Origin: Saprospiraceae bacterium | GTDB lineage: Bacteria > Bacteroidota > Bacteroidia > Chitinophagales > Saprospiraceae | Assembly (NCBI GenBank): GCA_016718505.1 | Contig: JADKDE010000001.1 | Span: 32,038 to 96,037 of the forward strand | Direction: 5' to 3' | Length of the DNA stretch: 64,000 nucleotides | Shown here: in pieces, positions 52,106-62,544 of the stretch | Layout: each line of letters begins with the position of its first letter | Numbering within the stretch: the stretch's first letter is position 1 | Notes under the pieces: generated by a model | What the model saw: the letters and a program-made list of their open reading frames with translations, nothing else | The model's database searches: none | Told to the model about the DNA's origin: nothing | Program-made: the position numbers and the translations under genes

Positions 52106-53161
52106 ATGTTAGATAATCCGATAAAGAAAGACATCCGAAGCCTAGATTTAGAAACTTTGAAGGAAGCCTTAAAAGAACAAGGTCATCCATCATTCAGAGC
52201 CACGCAAATTTTGGAGTGGATTTGGGCTAAAGGAACGAGAAATTTTTCAGAAATGAGCAATTTGCCACTTTCCATCAGGGAGTGGCTTTCTTCATTTTAT
52301 ACTATAAATAATTTTAGCCTAGATTTCCAACAAATAAGTCAAGACGGAACGATAAAGTCGCGTCTGGCGCTTCATGATGGCGAAAAAATAGAAACCGTTT
52401 TGATTCCAGTTCCGGATGACAAAAGATTTACGGTCTGCGTTTCTACTCAAGTGGGTTGCAGCTTGACTTGTAGTTTTTGTGCGACGGGAAGAATGGGCAG
52501 AATCCGTAATTTAGACCATTCGGAGATATACGATCAAGTAGTCTATTCTAATCAATTAAGTCTAGAAAAATACGGTCATCCCATCACCAATATCGTGTAC
52601 ATGGGCATGGGAGAACCTTTGCTGAATTATTCGAACGTCATGCAAAGCATAGATAAAATTACCCACCCAAAACTCGGCCTTGGGATGTCTCCTAGACGAA
52701 TAACGATCTCTACAGCTGGAATCGCCAAGATGATAAAAAAACTGGCAGATGATCAAACCAAATCTAAGTTGGCTCTTTCTCTACACGCTGCATCGGACGA
52801 AAAAAGGAATACCATCATGCCAATAAATGAGCACAACAATCTAGCAGCTTTATTGGAGGCCCTTACCTATTTTTATGATAAAACTAAAAATAGAATTACC
52901 TATGAGTATATCGCTTTTGAGGGATTCAATGACAATATCGAAGATGCCAATCTCCTAGCAAAATTATGTCGTAAATTTCCAGTTAAAGTTAATATCATTG
53001 AGTACAATTCTATTGGTTTGGGAACTTTTGAAAAGTCAAGCAAATATAGATTAAACCAATTTATGCAAACTCTGGTCAATCTTGGCGTAGATGTCACAGT
53101 GCGTAAAAGCCGCGGCAAAGATATTGATGCTGCATGCGGTCAGCTTGCCAATAAAGCTTAA
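52106..53161 (+). CDS. rlmN: 23S rRNA/tRNA (adenine-C2)-methyltransferase RlmN (radical SAM)
   Basis: It has the CSLTCSFCATG radical-SAM cluster motif, GMGEPLLN, and the C-terminal DIDAACGQL. Confidence 0.9.
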   Translation: MLDNPIKKDIRSLDLETLKEALKEQGHPSFRATQILEWIWAKGTRNFSEMSNLPLSIREWLSSFYTINNFSLDFQQISQDGTIKSRLALHDGEKIETVLIPVPDDKRFTVCVSTQVGCSLTCSFCATGRMGRIRNLDHSEIYDQVVYSNQLSLEKYGHPITNIVYMGMGEPLLNYSNVMQSIDKITHPKLGLGMSPRRITISTAGIAKMIKKLADDQTKSKLALSLHAASDEKRNTIMPINEHNNLAALLEALTYFYDKTKNRITYEYIAFEGFNDNIEDANLLAKLCRKFPVKVNIIEYNSIGLGTFEKSSKYRLNQFMQTLVNLGVDVTVRKSRGKDIDAACGQLANKA

Positions 53162-53167
53162 ATAAAT

Positions 53168-54010
53168 CTATTGGCATTTAGCCTCCAACGGAAATTTAAG
53201 CCCTTTGTAGTTTTTCAGAATTACTTTTATCGAACCAACTGAAACGGGAGATTCAATGAGCAATGGGATTTTATTTTTGTCATTTGAAACGAACACATTT
53301 AACTGGTCTGATTCTTTAAAAACGGAACCTTTTACGACCTGTGGGGAGAAGTGAAATGTATTGTATTTTCCGAGCTCCTTAATATCCTTTTTCATCTTAT
53401 TCCCTAAATATTTTACATTTAGTTTCCAATTTTCATCATCCAAAAACACCTTAACTGGGAATTTTTCACCATTGCCCATCTGGCTAAAATCAAAATTTCT
53501 CGTATAATAAATTGATGAGAGTACATCGTGCATGCACTGTTCTATATCGAATGTTTTGGTTTGAGTTTCAGTTTTACTTTTACCTTTTATCGACTCACAA
53601 GTTTTCCCTTCTTGATTAAATTTCACCTGATTATACATGGTAAATTTGCCTTCCCTTACATCTCGAGTAAACCTCTTTGGCAATAGCGTCTGCTTATCAA
53701 TAATGGTCTCATAATAATCTTGTACTTTGAAAAACCATTCGTAAGACTTGTAGGTATAACCTCGTGCTGAAATTTTATAATCGCTGCCCAAATCTTCGAC
53801 CTTGAATACAACTTCGCCTGCGGAGAGCCATATCATGCCCCAATTGTAATAAACTTTATAAATCAGCTCCTCACCCCCTTGAAATGTACTATTTTGAACA
53901 TCACATCGGCTCTCTAGATTGGAGTTTGCAGTAGTTTCTATTCTACCAGAATTCGTCGGGTTCAAACAGAAGCTCAAGATAAAGAGTGAGACACTAAGCC
54001 AGTTATTCAT
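53168..54010 (-). CDS. DUF3108-like secreted protein
   Basis: It has a signal peptide. The segment GEELIYKVYYNWGMIWLSAGEVVFKV and the overall length match my recollection of DUF3108. Confidence 0.5.
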   Translation of the reverse strand: MNNWLSVSLFILSFCLNPTNSGRIETTANSNLESRCDVQNSTFQGGEELIYKVYYNWGMIWLSAGEVVFKVEDLGSDYKISARGYTYKSYEWFFKVQDYYETIIDKQTLLPKRFTRDVREGKFTMYNQVKFNQEGKTCESIKGKSKTETQTKTFDIEQCMHDVLSSIYYTRNFDFSQMGNGEKFPVKVFLDDENWKLNVKYLGNKMKKDIKELGKYNTFHFSPQVVKGSVFKESDQLNVFVSNDKNKIPLLIESPVSVGSIKVILKNYKGLKFPLEAKCQ

Positions 54011-54275
54011 TTTTCTAATTTTAAATTAACAATTTTGATTAATACAAAACTATACTTAAAATATCATACAACAGTGTTACCAAATACAAAATTATGAAAA
54101 TATTAACGTATTAAAATCTTCAAATCCGTATAACATATATTGTAAAAATAGGAATATAGCCCATTATTTATGCCGTTTCATTATTTTAATTCTCAAATCC
54201 GGCTTAATGGACAAAAAGTAGGCTAAAAAAGGCTAAAACCTGTATAAACACTAGCTTTGCGGCAAATCAAAGGTC

Positions 54276-55189
54276 ATGAATAAAAAAAGTGCTTTTATTG
54301 TGGGAGCAGATTTACAAAGAAAAATGGTATAAAAAGTGGTGTTCAACTTTATAAATGCTATAATTGTAATCGTCAGTTTATAGGAGGAGATCGGATTAAT
54401 AGTTCAAATTTGTGGAAAGAATATTCTATTGGAAAACAAACTTACAGTCAATTAGCGTCCAAATATAAATGCTCCATTAAGACTATTCAAAGAAAACTGG
54501 ATGGTTATAGGATAATTGAAGTTAAAAAGGAAGTTCGCGAAGTTATTGTTCTAATGGATACTACATATTGGGGAAAAGCTTAGGAGTCATGTTATTTAAA
54601 GATGCCATAACAAAGGAAAATCTTCTCAAATATTATGTAAAGACAGAAACAAACCAACTCTATGTTCAAGGTATAGAAGAATTGAAGTCAAAGGGGTACA
54701 AGATACTTGGAATCGTTTGCGATGGCAGGAAAGGGCTCATTCAAGCTTTCAAAGATATACCTGTGCAAATGTGCCAATTTCATCAGTCAGCAATTATACG
54801 TAGATACTTAACCAAAAGGCCTAAATTGCAAGCGGGGATGGAACTAATGGACGTGCTAAACCTAATGAAACAAACGGACAAGGAGTCGTTTGTAGGAGCT
54901 TTGAATCTGTGGTATGATAAATGGGAGCAGTTTTTAAAAGAACGAACAATCAATGAAACAACACATAAATCCTTCTATACACATAAAAAAACTAAGATCA
55001 GCCTATAGAAGTATAAAGACGAATCTGCCCTGGCTATTTACTTGGTATGATAACTTTGAGCTAAAAATACCAAATACAACCAATGCCATAGATGGTCATT
55101 TTGCAGACCTGAAAAACAAGTTGAGAAATCATAATGGCCTTTCACTAACGCGAAAGAAGAAGTTTATTGATGGGTTTTTGAAGGCATAA
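54276..55189 (+). pseudogene. DDE-type transposase with an N-terminal zinc ribbon, interrupted by three frameshifts (IS1/IS1595-like architecture, family not resolved)
   Basis: The zinc ribbon reads CFYCGS..x..YKCYNCNRQF. The core includes LMDTTYWGKSLGVMLF, IVCDGRKGL, QMCQFHQ and NTTNAIDGHFADLKNKL. The frame breaks are at A7 54282..54288, at A4 54574..54577, and at the A7 run within cataaaaaaacta near 54985. Confidence 0.7.
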
Positions 55190-55367
55190 AGTTCTCTAAA
55201 AATATCAATGGGCTAAGAAATGACACCTTAACCCATCAACAAGACTTTTTTCTTCGAACATCTATTTTATCCCTGGCAGGTTGCTCCCCAGCAGAGCCTA
55301 CTTCCGTTTATTTAGACAATAGCAAAAGTATCTGAAATTGCAACAATATTGACAAATAAGAGAAAAT

Positions 55368-55391
55368 AAATAGCCTACTTTTTGTCCATTA
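55368..55391 (+). repeat. Internal second copy of the IS right-end sequence (direct repeat of 55409..55432)
   Basis: The string aaatagcctactttttgtccatta occurs twice, 41 bp apart. Only the outer copy abuts the target-site duplication. Confidence 0.85.
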
Positions 55392-55563
55392 CAAACTATC
55401 ATCTATCAAAATAGCCTACTTTTTGTCCATTATACCTCAAATCCTATCTCTTTATTTGTCTTAAAGAATTAGCTAAAAAAGGTTTGTTATACCCATAAAA
55501 AGCACAACAAACCTTTCTTTATGTATTAACTTTATAAAACCTTCTAAAGGATCTGCAGATAAA

Positions 55564-57531
55564 TTAGTGTTTTATCATAGCATTAAATACAGATTCATTT
55601 ATGGTAAGAGGATACTTTTCTTTTAGCTCTTGGATCCACTCTTTCTCAAGGAACTCTTGATAATCCGCGATATAATATCCTCGGGCTTCATTTAATGTTT
55701 TCCCAGTTTTAGGCGTGATGCTGGCAATTTTATGGAAATGAGATGTTTTTGAGGTCTCATTTTTCTTAACTGCGTCTTGTGCATTCACCTTCCATTCCAT
55801 ACCAAAAAGTTCTTGAGGATTTGATTTTTCTACCGTCTTTTCTTCCACGGTAATGAACTGTTTGTCCTTTTTATTCAGTTTTTTGTTGGTCTTTGCCCAA
55901 GTATTTTCATTAAAATATTTAACCGCTTTTGCAATCACTTTATCATCCAAAGAGTTTATTACTATGGTCTGTACCTTGGCTCTTTCGTCCCACATGTACT
56001 TGCCCTTGTTCGCTTCATAAAACTTCTCTAAACCAACGGTATCTTGTGAAGCTTTGTCCCAAACCTTGTTTTTGGTAATTTCAAAAAGCAAAATTCCCTC
56101 TTCATACTCTCTCATTAAAGCCTTAAATTCAGGATATTTTTTCTCGAGATTTCCTTCTTCGTACTTTAGACAAGCCTCCGAAACCATATCTTTGAATATC
56201 TTGTTGGCAACGATCAAATTGGAAGAATCTGACGCCATCATCAGTCTTTTTCTTTGGTTTCTCATCAAAAATTCATCAAAGTCCGCTGTAGAATAATTTT
56301 TTCCACCTAAAGTAAATAGCTGTTTAGGTTCTAGGCCTGTAGTTGGTCGCCATTTATAAGTTGTAAATTCTTCATTGAAAGTCCCAATATGCTGTTGAAG
56401 ATTTGAATTATTTACTTGATAATTCCCTTCTTTGAGTAATCTATCGATCATGGCCTGCTTTGCGATTTCTATACGGCTATCATTGCCGATCATATTCTGT
56501 AGCCTTGATTTTACTTTAGAGATATCGTCCAATTCCTTTTTTGATACCCTCTTTATGATGTGCCACCCGATCCTAGATTGTATAGGTGCAGAAATATCTC
56601 CATCTTTAACAAGAGCAAAAACAGCATCTTCAAAAGCCTTTTCATATCGATTTATCGTGACGATACCAAGATTGCCATCACGTCCCATCGTCGCTTGGTC
56701 CTCTGAGCTTTTAACTGCCTCGCTCCAAGTAATTTTATCCATACGCAATATATTATAAAGGGAGTCAACTTTTGCCTTTGCGTTAGGAATTGGATCTTTG
56801 TCCGTAGTTCGAACTAGGATATGGGATACCTCCATCTCTCCTCTAGCCTTTCTCTTATTGAGAATTTTTACGAGATGATATCCCATCGGTGATAATGTCA
56901 CTTGACTTACTTGCCCGATCGGAGTGTTGTACACTGCATTTTCAAAAGCATAAAACCCATTAGGCAATATGGCAGTTAAAAAACCAATATACCCACTTCC
57001 CGCCTTGGTGTTGTCGTCTTCTGAAAGTTCCTTTGAAAGTATTTCCCACCTTTCACCTTTGTCCAATCTTGCTTTGATTTTAGATATTTTATCGAAAGCT
57101 TCCAAAGAATCCTTGGTTGTATTGCCTTTTATTTTTACTAGGATGTGGGAAACTTCTATATCCTGTTTCAACCTATCATGCAATTCTGCTACCAATTTGT
57201 CATTCACTTCTTTATCTGAAAGATAAGACTCTGAAAGCTGTCTTCGGTACCCTTCTAGTTCTTTTTGCAAAGCTGAAATGGTATCCAACCGCATGTCTTT
57301 TGCTGCGGCTACCTTCATTTTGAATTTTGTATAAAGGTCTAAGTATTCTCTAAGAGAACTCTGAGAAAAATCTGCGCTCTTACCATTGGTTTTCTTGTAA
57401 ATGTATTCAAATTCAGAAGCCATGACATCTGTATTGGCCACTCTGAATAAAACTGGATCCGTTTGCGCTTTTAAAACAGAAGAAAAAATAGAGAAATATA
57501 TGAAAAATTGAAGAGCTATTCTATATTTCAT
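55564..57531 (-). CDS. Periplasmic peptidyl-prolyl cis-trans isomerase (SurA/PpiD-like, two parvulin domains)
   Basis: It has a signal peptide. Two PpiC-type segments each begin EVSHILV, one followed by ...GWHIIK. Confidence 0.75.
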   Translation of the reverse strand: MKYRIALQFFIYFSIFSSVLKAQTDPVLFRVANTDVMASEFEYIYKKTNGKSADFSQSSLREYLDLYTKFKMKVAAAKDMRLDTISALQKELEGYRRQLSESYLSDKEVNDKLVAELHDRLKQDIEVSHILVKIKGNTTKDSLEAFDKISKIKARLDKGERWEILSKELSEDDNTKAGSGYIGFLTAILPNGFYAFENAVYNTPIGQVSQVTLSPMGYHLVKILNKRKARGEMEVSHILVRTTDKDPIPNAKAKVDSLYNILRMDKITWSEAVKSSEDQATMGRDGNLGIVTINRYEKAFEDAVFALVKDGDISAPIQSRIGWHIIKRVSKKELDDISKVKSRLQNMIGNDSRIEIAKQAMIDRLLKEGNYQVNNSNLQQHIGTFNEEFTTYKWRPTTGLEPKQLFTLGGKNYSTADFDEFLMRNQRKRLMMASDSSNLIVANKIFKDMVSEACLKYEEGNLEKKYPEFKALMREYEEGILLFEITKNKVWDKASQDTVGLEKFYEANKGKYMWDERAKVQTIVINSLDDKVIAKAVKYFNENTWAKTNKKLNKKDKQFITVEEKTVEKSNPQELFGMEWKVNAQDAVKKNETSKTSHFHKIASITPKTGKTLNEARGYYIADYQEFLEKEWIQELKEKYPLTINESVFNAMIKH

Positions 57532-57618
57532 GATAATTTGAAATTAATAATTTTGATAAAAAAATAAATGCAAAAATAATCAAACTTTTTTATATTATAT
57601 ATTTTATTAATTTATATT

Positions 57619-60092
57619 TTAATCGTCTATATAAACCCTTCTAATTCTAGGAGAAATACCTGTCAATACCTCATATGGAATCGTATCCAAAGCTTTAGCA
57701 AGGTTATCTATTGGATACTCTTTATTAAAAATGATGACTTCATCGTCCAACTGAACATTGGGAATATCAGAAACATCGATCATGCACATATCCATACAAA
57801 TACTGCCAATTATTGGGGCCTTCTTCCCTTTCACCATTACTGAAAAACTACCATTTCCAGCGTGTCGCAAAAGACCGTCACCATAGCCGATTCCAATCGT
57901 GGCTATCCTTGAATCTCTGCTAAGTACGCCGCGGCGACTGTACCCAATCGTTGTTCCCGTAGGATAATCTCGGATTTGGCTGATAAAGGTTTTTAGTTGG
58001 TGAGCGGGCTCCAAGAGACAATTAATCTTTGGATTTCCATCGATGCCATACAACCCTATCCCAATCCTTACCAAATCAAAATGCAAGTCAGGGAAAAGCG
58101 AAATTCCACCTGAATTCAGAAGGTGCTTTAATGTTTTATATCCTAAAAAAGCCTCCATAGAATCACAAATTTCTTTAAAAATGCGCCCTTGTTCGTTCGT
58201 ATAATCCACGTGTTCTGGTTCTGAGCTGGCAGCCAGATGGGACATAATACCAATGACCTTTATTTCTTCTTTGTACTTAAACAATGAGCCTTGGATCGTC
58301 AGGATATCGTTTTGGACGAATCCCAAACGGTGCATCCCCGTATCAAATTTGAGATGAATAGGATAATTTCTGCTTTTTTTAAGTTTTAAAAACTCTCCCA
58401 ATGCCTCAAGTTGATAAATGCTAAAAATCTCTGGTTCCAAGTAATTTTGAGCCATCGAATCAAATTGATCCACGCCTACATTAAGGACTAAAATGGGCAA
58501 TGTGATGCCGTTTTGACGGAGTTCTATTCCTTCATCAATAAATGCGACCCCGAGATAATCTACGAGCGAATATTGTAAAAATTTCGCCAGTTCAACCAAA
58601 CCCGAACCATATGATCCTGATTTAACCATTACCATAGATTTGGTCTGTGCAGGAATAAAAGAAGCAAATACCCTAAGATTATGTCCAATGGAGTGTAAGT
58701 CGATTTCGAGAACTGATTGATGCGTTTTTTGAGCCAAAGAATCAGCAACTTTAGACAGTTGATAATCGTGAGCCCCTTTTATCAAGATTCCCTCCTGCTT
58801 TATTCCTTGCAAAATCGAACTATCCAATAAATCTTGAACGGTAGAAAAATTCATTGTCTCAATTCGCTTATCTAAGACTTTGCCGACCCAAGGATAGTCT
58901 TTTCCAATAAAAATAAGCCGCGAAAATCCGTGTTTTAATATTAATGCACCAATTTCACAATAAAGTGCATCCTTTTCTCGGGTGTCCTCCTCAAAATCCC
59001 CTAGAATTATAGTTCTCTTGTCCTTAGTACAAAAATTATCAAACGAGTTTAATGCCAAACGAAATGAAATCAAATCGGCGCTATACGCATCGTTCAATAT
59101 CTGGCAACCCCGCTTCCCTTCCAGTTTTTCTAATCTAGCTGACAATTGGAACAAATCATCGATCCGGGTACTTAATGCCTTGGGATTGACACCAAGATAA
59201 GCGGCTGTTACAGCAACTTGGCACAGATTTTCAACATAAATTTCATCCCTATTTGAAATGCATAAATCGTAATTTTTTGAGTTAAAATCAAATTTGATAT
59301 GACGTTCATTTGCTTCATTTTCTACCAAATCAATATTAACATTGCCATGACCATTTAGGCTCCAAGTAAGAGCTGGTGCATGGCTTTCACTGGCTATCTT
59401 CGATGCCAATGTTTCAGCATCAGCATTGTATATCACCAATTTTGCCTCTTGAAATAATTTGTATTTCTCCTTAAATTTTTGATCCAATGAATCAAACCCA
59501 TCGTTGTGCGCTGTGCCTAGATTAGTAAAAATTCCGATTTCAGGTTTTATCATGGCTTCTAGGTATTCCATTTCATTAATGGTAGAAATACCCGCCTCTA
59601 TGATAGCTACTGTATGGTGTTTTTGGATTTGTAAAACAGATAAGGCCACCCCAATCTGTGAATTGTATGATTTTGGGCTACGAAACACCGCATAATCATC
59701 TTTAAGTACTCGATAAAGCCATTCTTTGACGATGGTTTTACCATTGCTTCCAGTTATCCCAATAACTTTAGCCTGTACCTGTTTCCTATGGTAGGCAGCT
59801 AAGGACTGAAGTGCTTTGAGGGTATCGTTGACGACAATAAAACAATTTTTCAATAAATTTTCAGGTGGCAATTTTTCTACCACAAAATTTTTAACACCGG
59901 CTTCGATCATTGAAGAAATAAAATGATGTCCATCGTGTTTCGGCCCTTTGATGGCAAAAAAAGGATATTGTCGTTGATAAGTTTATTTCTGCTATCGGTG
60001 ACTAAGTAAAATCCTTCATCCGTGGGAAAATCTCCGGCCGCTGTTCCGCCCACTGCGGCTACAATTTGTTCAATATTATACTTTATGAGCAT
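57619..60092 (-). pseudogene. murF: Bifunctional UDP-MurNAc-tripeptide:D-Ala-D-Ala ligase (MurF) / alanine racemase, with one frameshift (ORFs 59907..60092 and 57619..59910)
   Basis: The MurF motif is GITGSNGKT. The Alr part reads MVMVKSGSYGSG...GYSRRG...IGSICMDMCMIDVS. Adding one T to the mRNA T7 run (plus-strand A7 at 59956..59962) gives ...DNILFFAIKGPKHDGHHFISSMIEAGV... and joins the ORFs. Confidence 0.85.
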
Positions 60093-60139
60093 ATTGCCAA
60101 AATTTCAGATTGATTCCAGACATGAAACAAATTTAACCT

Positions 60140-61630
60140 TTATTTTTTTCTAATCCTATTGATTCCCGCTTCTGCCTTTTGATGCAAGCCATTGGCGTAT
60201 TCGGATGGCTCCATTTCCAAGCATTTTTCATAATAAGAAACTGCCTTATCATATTTTTTTTGATCCTCATAAATATTTCCAATGGACAAGGCGGATCGGC
60301 ATGCAAAATATGCTGGATTATTTTCTCCCATTTCGATTACCTTTTCATAGGTTTCGATGGCATCGTGATAGTTTTTAAGCATTTGGTAAGAACGACCTAG
60401 CCTGTAATTAAATTCTAATAAATACTCTTTGTCCTCAAAGATGATGTTGGAGGCATTGATAAGCGTGCGATGGGCTTGGATAGCATATCCTCCATCAGAC
60501 AAGAGTCTGGCCTTGAGCAATTCTATATGTGGTACTTTTGCTTTTTGGGCTTCAAAAAATGCACTTTTATCTTCGTCGGTCTCGTTAGCACCCTTTTGAA
60601 TGCACTTTTGCATACAGCGAAAATAGCTTTGGTTATTATTTTTTAAAATTCCAATCCAACCAAGTTTTTGAAAAGCTTCTTTGATGTAATTTTCTCCTTT
60701 GAAATTTTGCAGAAATACTTGAATATTTTTCTCAGCACTAAGATCCAATTTTTTAAGCTTGACCATACCTTCTAATAAATCTAAATAATAAAAAGGTAGA
60801 AACTCCTGTGATTTAGGTCTTTGTTTGAGAATGCGAATGGCCTCCTCATTTCGTCCCGTCCTAGATGCAATATTGGCTAAGGCAAAATTAGCCAAAGGGT
60901 TCGTTTTGTGATTCAATGAGCTTGTCGAGACTATACTCCAAGCTGATTCTGGGCTATTTTGAAGATAGAGCATCATAAATGCAAACATGACTACCGTTTC
61001 TAATTCAAAAATCTTCTCCTTGTTTTGTGCTTGATTTAGAGCCAGTTGTATTTCTTGAATTCCTTGGTCTATGGTCCCCGTAATGCCTATGATATTAGAA
61101 AGCCACTTATAGTTGGATGGAATGGTACCAATGAGGGCATGCATGACACCCAAGCTTTTTTTATTGGGCATAAAATTCGGAAAATCATTTTCATTTTGAT
61201 TGAGTAAGGAATAAGCCTTGCGGATGTCTAGCGCGGCAGAGGTTTTTTCATTAAATTTCAATTTTACCAAAGCCCAATGTAAATAAATATCTGCTTGACA
61301 AAACTTGTAATATGGGGAATTTTCATTGCCTTTCCTGATCATTTTCAGGCGAATGTCCTTTTTATTTTTTAACAATTGGTAGGTGGTTCGTTCCTCCCCA
61401 ATAAAAAGGTTAAAGAAATCTATATAATCTTCGATGAAATAAACGAGCATATTATTGGGCTCTTGCTTCTTCATCTCATCTACAACTTTCAACGCATTAT
61501 TAAGTTGAAGGCTGGTGGCATACTGATATCCTTGTATTGCTCGAGGCGTCCACTCGAATACCTGCTGACCCATGGTTGTTTGTAACCAAAAGGAAATAAT
61601 GCCTACGATAAAAAATCTAAAGTTCACCAA
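60140..61630 (-). CDS. Tetratricopeptide-repeat protein with an N-terminal signal or anchor
   Basis: The protein is 496 aa. TPR-like helices are most evident in the C-terminal third (YHDAIETYEKVIEM...YDKAVSYYEKCLEMEP). Confidence 0.6.
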   Translation of the reverse strand: MVNFRFFIVGIISFWLQTTMGQQVFEWTPRAIQGYQYATSLQLNNALKVVDEMKKQEPNNMLVYFIEDYIDFFNLFIGEERTTYQLLKNKKDIRLKMIRKGNENSPYYKFCQADIYLHWALVKLKFNEKTSAALDIRKAYSLLNQNENDFPNFMPNKKSLGVMHALIGTIPSNYKWLSNIIGITGTIDQGIQEIQLALNQAQNKEKIFELETVVMFAFMMLYLQNSPESAWSIVSTSSLNHKTNPLANFALANIASRTGRNEEAIRILKQRPKSQEFLPFYYLDLLEGMVKLKKLDLSAEKNIQVFLQNFKGENYIKEAFQKLGWIGILKNNNQSYFRCMQKCIQKGANETDEDKSAFFEAQKAKVPHIELLKARLLSDGGYAIQAHRTLINASNIIFEDKEYLLEFNYRLGRSYQMLKNYHDAIETYEKVIEMGENNPAYFACRSALSIGNIYEDQKKYDKAVSYYEKCLEMEPSEYANGLHQKAEAGINRIRKK

Positions 61631-61674
61631 TATTTATTCTATAACATTATTCAATTAGCGAAGAAAATCATTTT

Positions 61675-61713
61675 AAAAAAAAACCCTACAAAGCAAACGG
61701 GCTTTATAGGGTT
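61675..61713 (-). terminator. Rho-independent terminator after the zinc-ribbon gene
   Basis: The minus strand reads aaccctataaagc-ccgttt-gctttgtagggtt followed by a U run of 7 or more. Confidence 0.75.
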
Positions 61714-61753
61714 AATTATATTTTTAAGGGAAGAAAAAAATTTCTATTAAATC

Positions 61754-62539
61754 TTATTCTTCAACTTCTTCGGCAATCGTCGCCTTTTCTATAACTTCTT
61801 GATCGTGCAATGCATTGGAATCAATCAGGATTCTTCCACAGTTTTCGCACACTATAATTTTCTTAGAAAGCGAAATATCTACCTGGATTTGTGGTGGAAT
61901 TTGGTTAAAGCATCCTCCACATGAATCTCTCTCTACAGTCACAACTGCCAAGCCATTGCGATAACTTCTTCTCACGCGATCGTAAGCGAAAAGCAACCTG
62001 TCCTCAACTTTCTTTCTTGCTTTATCTGAAAGCTTAGCTAACTTATCCTCTTCCTTTTCGGTTTTTTCGATGATTTTAGCAAGTTCTACTTTCTTATTGT
62101 CAAGTTCTTTTTGCTTTGCATCAAATTTCTTTTGTGCTATCTCCAGTGCATCCGTCTTTCCATGAATTCCTCCTTTTGCATCACGAATTTTCTTTTCAGA
62201 AAGTTGAATTTCCAATTTTTGAAGTTCAATTTCTTTCGTCAATGCCTCGTATTCACGATTATTTTTGACCGTATCCAATTGCTTATTGTATCTCAATATC
62301 AATGCTTCGGCATCCTTAATATTGTGATTATGCTTGGCGATATCCGTGTCGATATCTTTCAATCCAGTACTCAAATTTTCAATCCTAGTAGAAATACCAA
62401 CTATTTCATCCTCAAGATCGCTTACTTCCATAGGAAGTTCCCCTTTTAATACTTTGATTTGGTCTATTTGAGAGTCGATTTGTTGTAATTCGTATAATGT
62501 GCTTAATTTCTCAGCTATACTTATTTCTTTTTTTGCCAT
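61754..62539 (-). CDS. Coiled-coil protein with a C-terminal C4 zinc ribbon (COG1579-like)
   Basis: It has a long heptad-rich region. The C-terminal motif is CGGCFNQIPPQ...CENCGRIL. Confidence 0.7.
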   Translation of the reverse strand: MAKKEISIAEKLSTLYELQQIDSQIDQIKVLKGELPMEVSDLEDEIVGISTRIENLSTGLKDIDTDIAKHNHNIKDAEALILRYNKQLDTVKNNREYEALTKEIELQKLEIQLSEKKIRDAKGGIHGKTDALEIAQKKFDAKQKELDNKKVELAKIIEKTEKEEDKLAKLSDKARKKVEDRLLFAYDRVRRSYRNGLAVVTVERDSCGGCFNQIPPQIQVDISLSKKIIVCENCGRILIDSNALHDQEVIEKATIAEEVEE

Positions 62540-62544
62540 AAAAT

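Larger units (their letters stand above)
54202..55436 (+). mobile_element. Insertion sequence (about 1.24 kb) with 24-bp terminal inverted repeats and an 8-bp target-site duplication
   Basis: IRL is GGCTTAATGGACAAAAAGTAGGCT (54202..54225). IRR, reverse-complemented, is GGTATAATGGACAAAAAGTAGGCT (55413..55436), a 22/24 match. The direct repeat TCAAATCC flanks both ends (54194..54201 and 55437..55444). A transposase reading frame lies inside. Confidence 0.85.
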
